64,000 nucleotides of DNA from positions 96,001-160,000 of the forward strand of contig JBALDB010000015.1 in the NCBI GenBank assembly GCA_036918135.1, read 5' to 3'. The translations under genes were made by a program, and so were the position numbers. The DNA is from Nostoc sp. GTDB lineage: Bacteria > Cyanobacteriota > Cyanobacteriia > Cyanobacteriales > Nostocaceae. The notes beneath the pieces were generated by a model. It was not told the origin of the DNA, ran no database searches, and saw nothing but the letters and a program-made list of their open reading frames with translations. Positions within the stretch are counted from its first letter, which is position 1, and every line of letters begins with the position of its first letter. Below, one piece after another: positions 63,749 through 64,000 of the stretch.

Positions 63749-64000
63749 ATGACTGTAAAAATTTATCCTATAACTCATGCAAAGGTAGGAAATCAAGATG
63801 GATTTCGTTTACCTCGCGCATTCTCTAGGGACTACCCTCATTTAGCTAATGCTTCAGGTCATATTGAAGTGCTATCTGATAACACGTTCTTGGTTAGATT
63901 AGAAACTGATAATGTTGATGAAGTTGATGAAGATGAGAGCATCATGATGAGCCTCTTTCTTGACTTTTTGATGAAGGATGCTATGCAAAATCCTTCTAAA
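63749..64000 (+). CDS. AbrB/PrlF-like antitoxin, 3'-truncated by window edge (absent from ORF track)
   Basis: Open frame MTVKIYPITHAKVGNQDGFRLPRAF...LFLDFLMKDAMQNPSK; AbrB-like KVGN..G.RLP and PrlF-like FLDFL.KD. Confidence 0.65.
   Translation, partial: MTVKIYPITHAKVGNQDGFRLPRAFSRDYPHLANASGHIEVLSDNTFLVRLETDNVDEVDEDESIMMSLFLDFLMKDAMQNPSK

Overview
64 kb of a heterocyst-forming cyanobacterial chromosome (Nostoc/Nostocales-like). The assignment rests on abundant HIP1 GCGATCGC sites, heptamer STRR repeats, patN- and hetZ-like genes and a group I intron in tRNA-Leu(UAA). Most of the window is housekeeping: nusB, ftsY, plsY, sppA, aroH, cbiD, guaA, rbfA, dam, larC, ndhL, trpA, recJ, tatC, petC-petA. 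It also carries the 3' part of an hps-like hormogonium polysaccharide locus with one decayed gene, a biliverdin-type bacteriophytochrome operon, a cytochrome P450 and an ATPase plus STAND-WD40 gene pair. The most notable accessory feature is a 1.64 kb internally deleted Tn7-like element (37788-39429). It has intact TGT...ACA ends and TnsB-binding-site arrays, sits 30 bp past the 3' end of tRNA-Leu, and carries tnsB and tnsD/tniQ-like fragments whose junctions fall at or beside HIP1 sites. There are many tiny mobile repeats, including three 24-bp elements nested inside each other, an in-frame 24-bp insertion into a HIP1 site in recJ, and several MITEs. No CRISPR array or cas gene was found. All family assignments come from motif recognition by eye; no searches were run.
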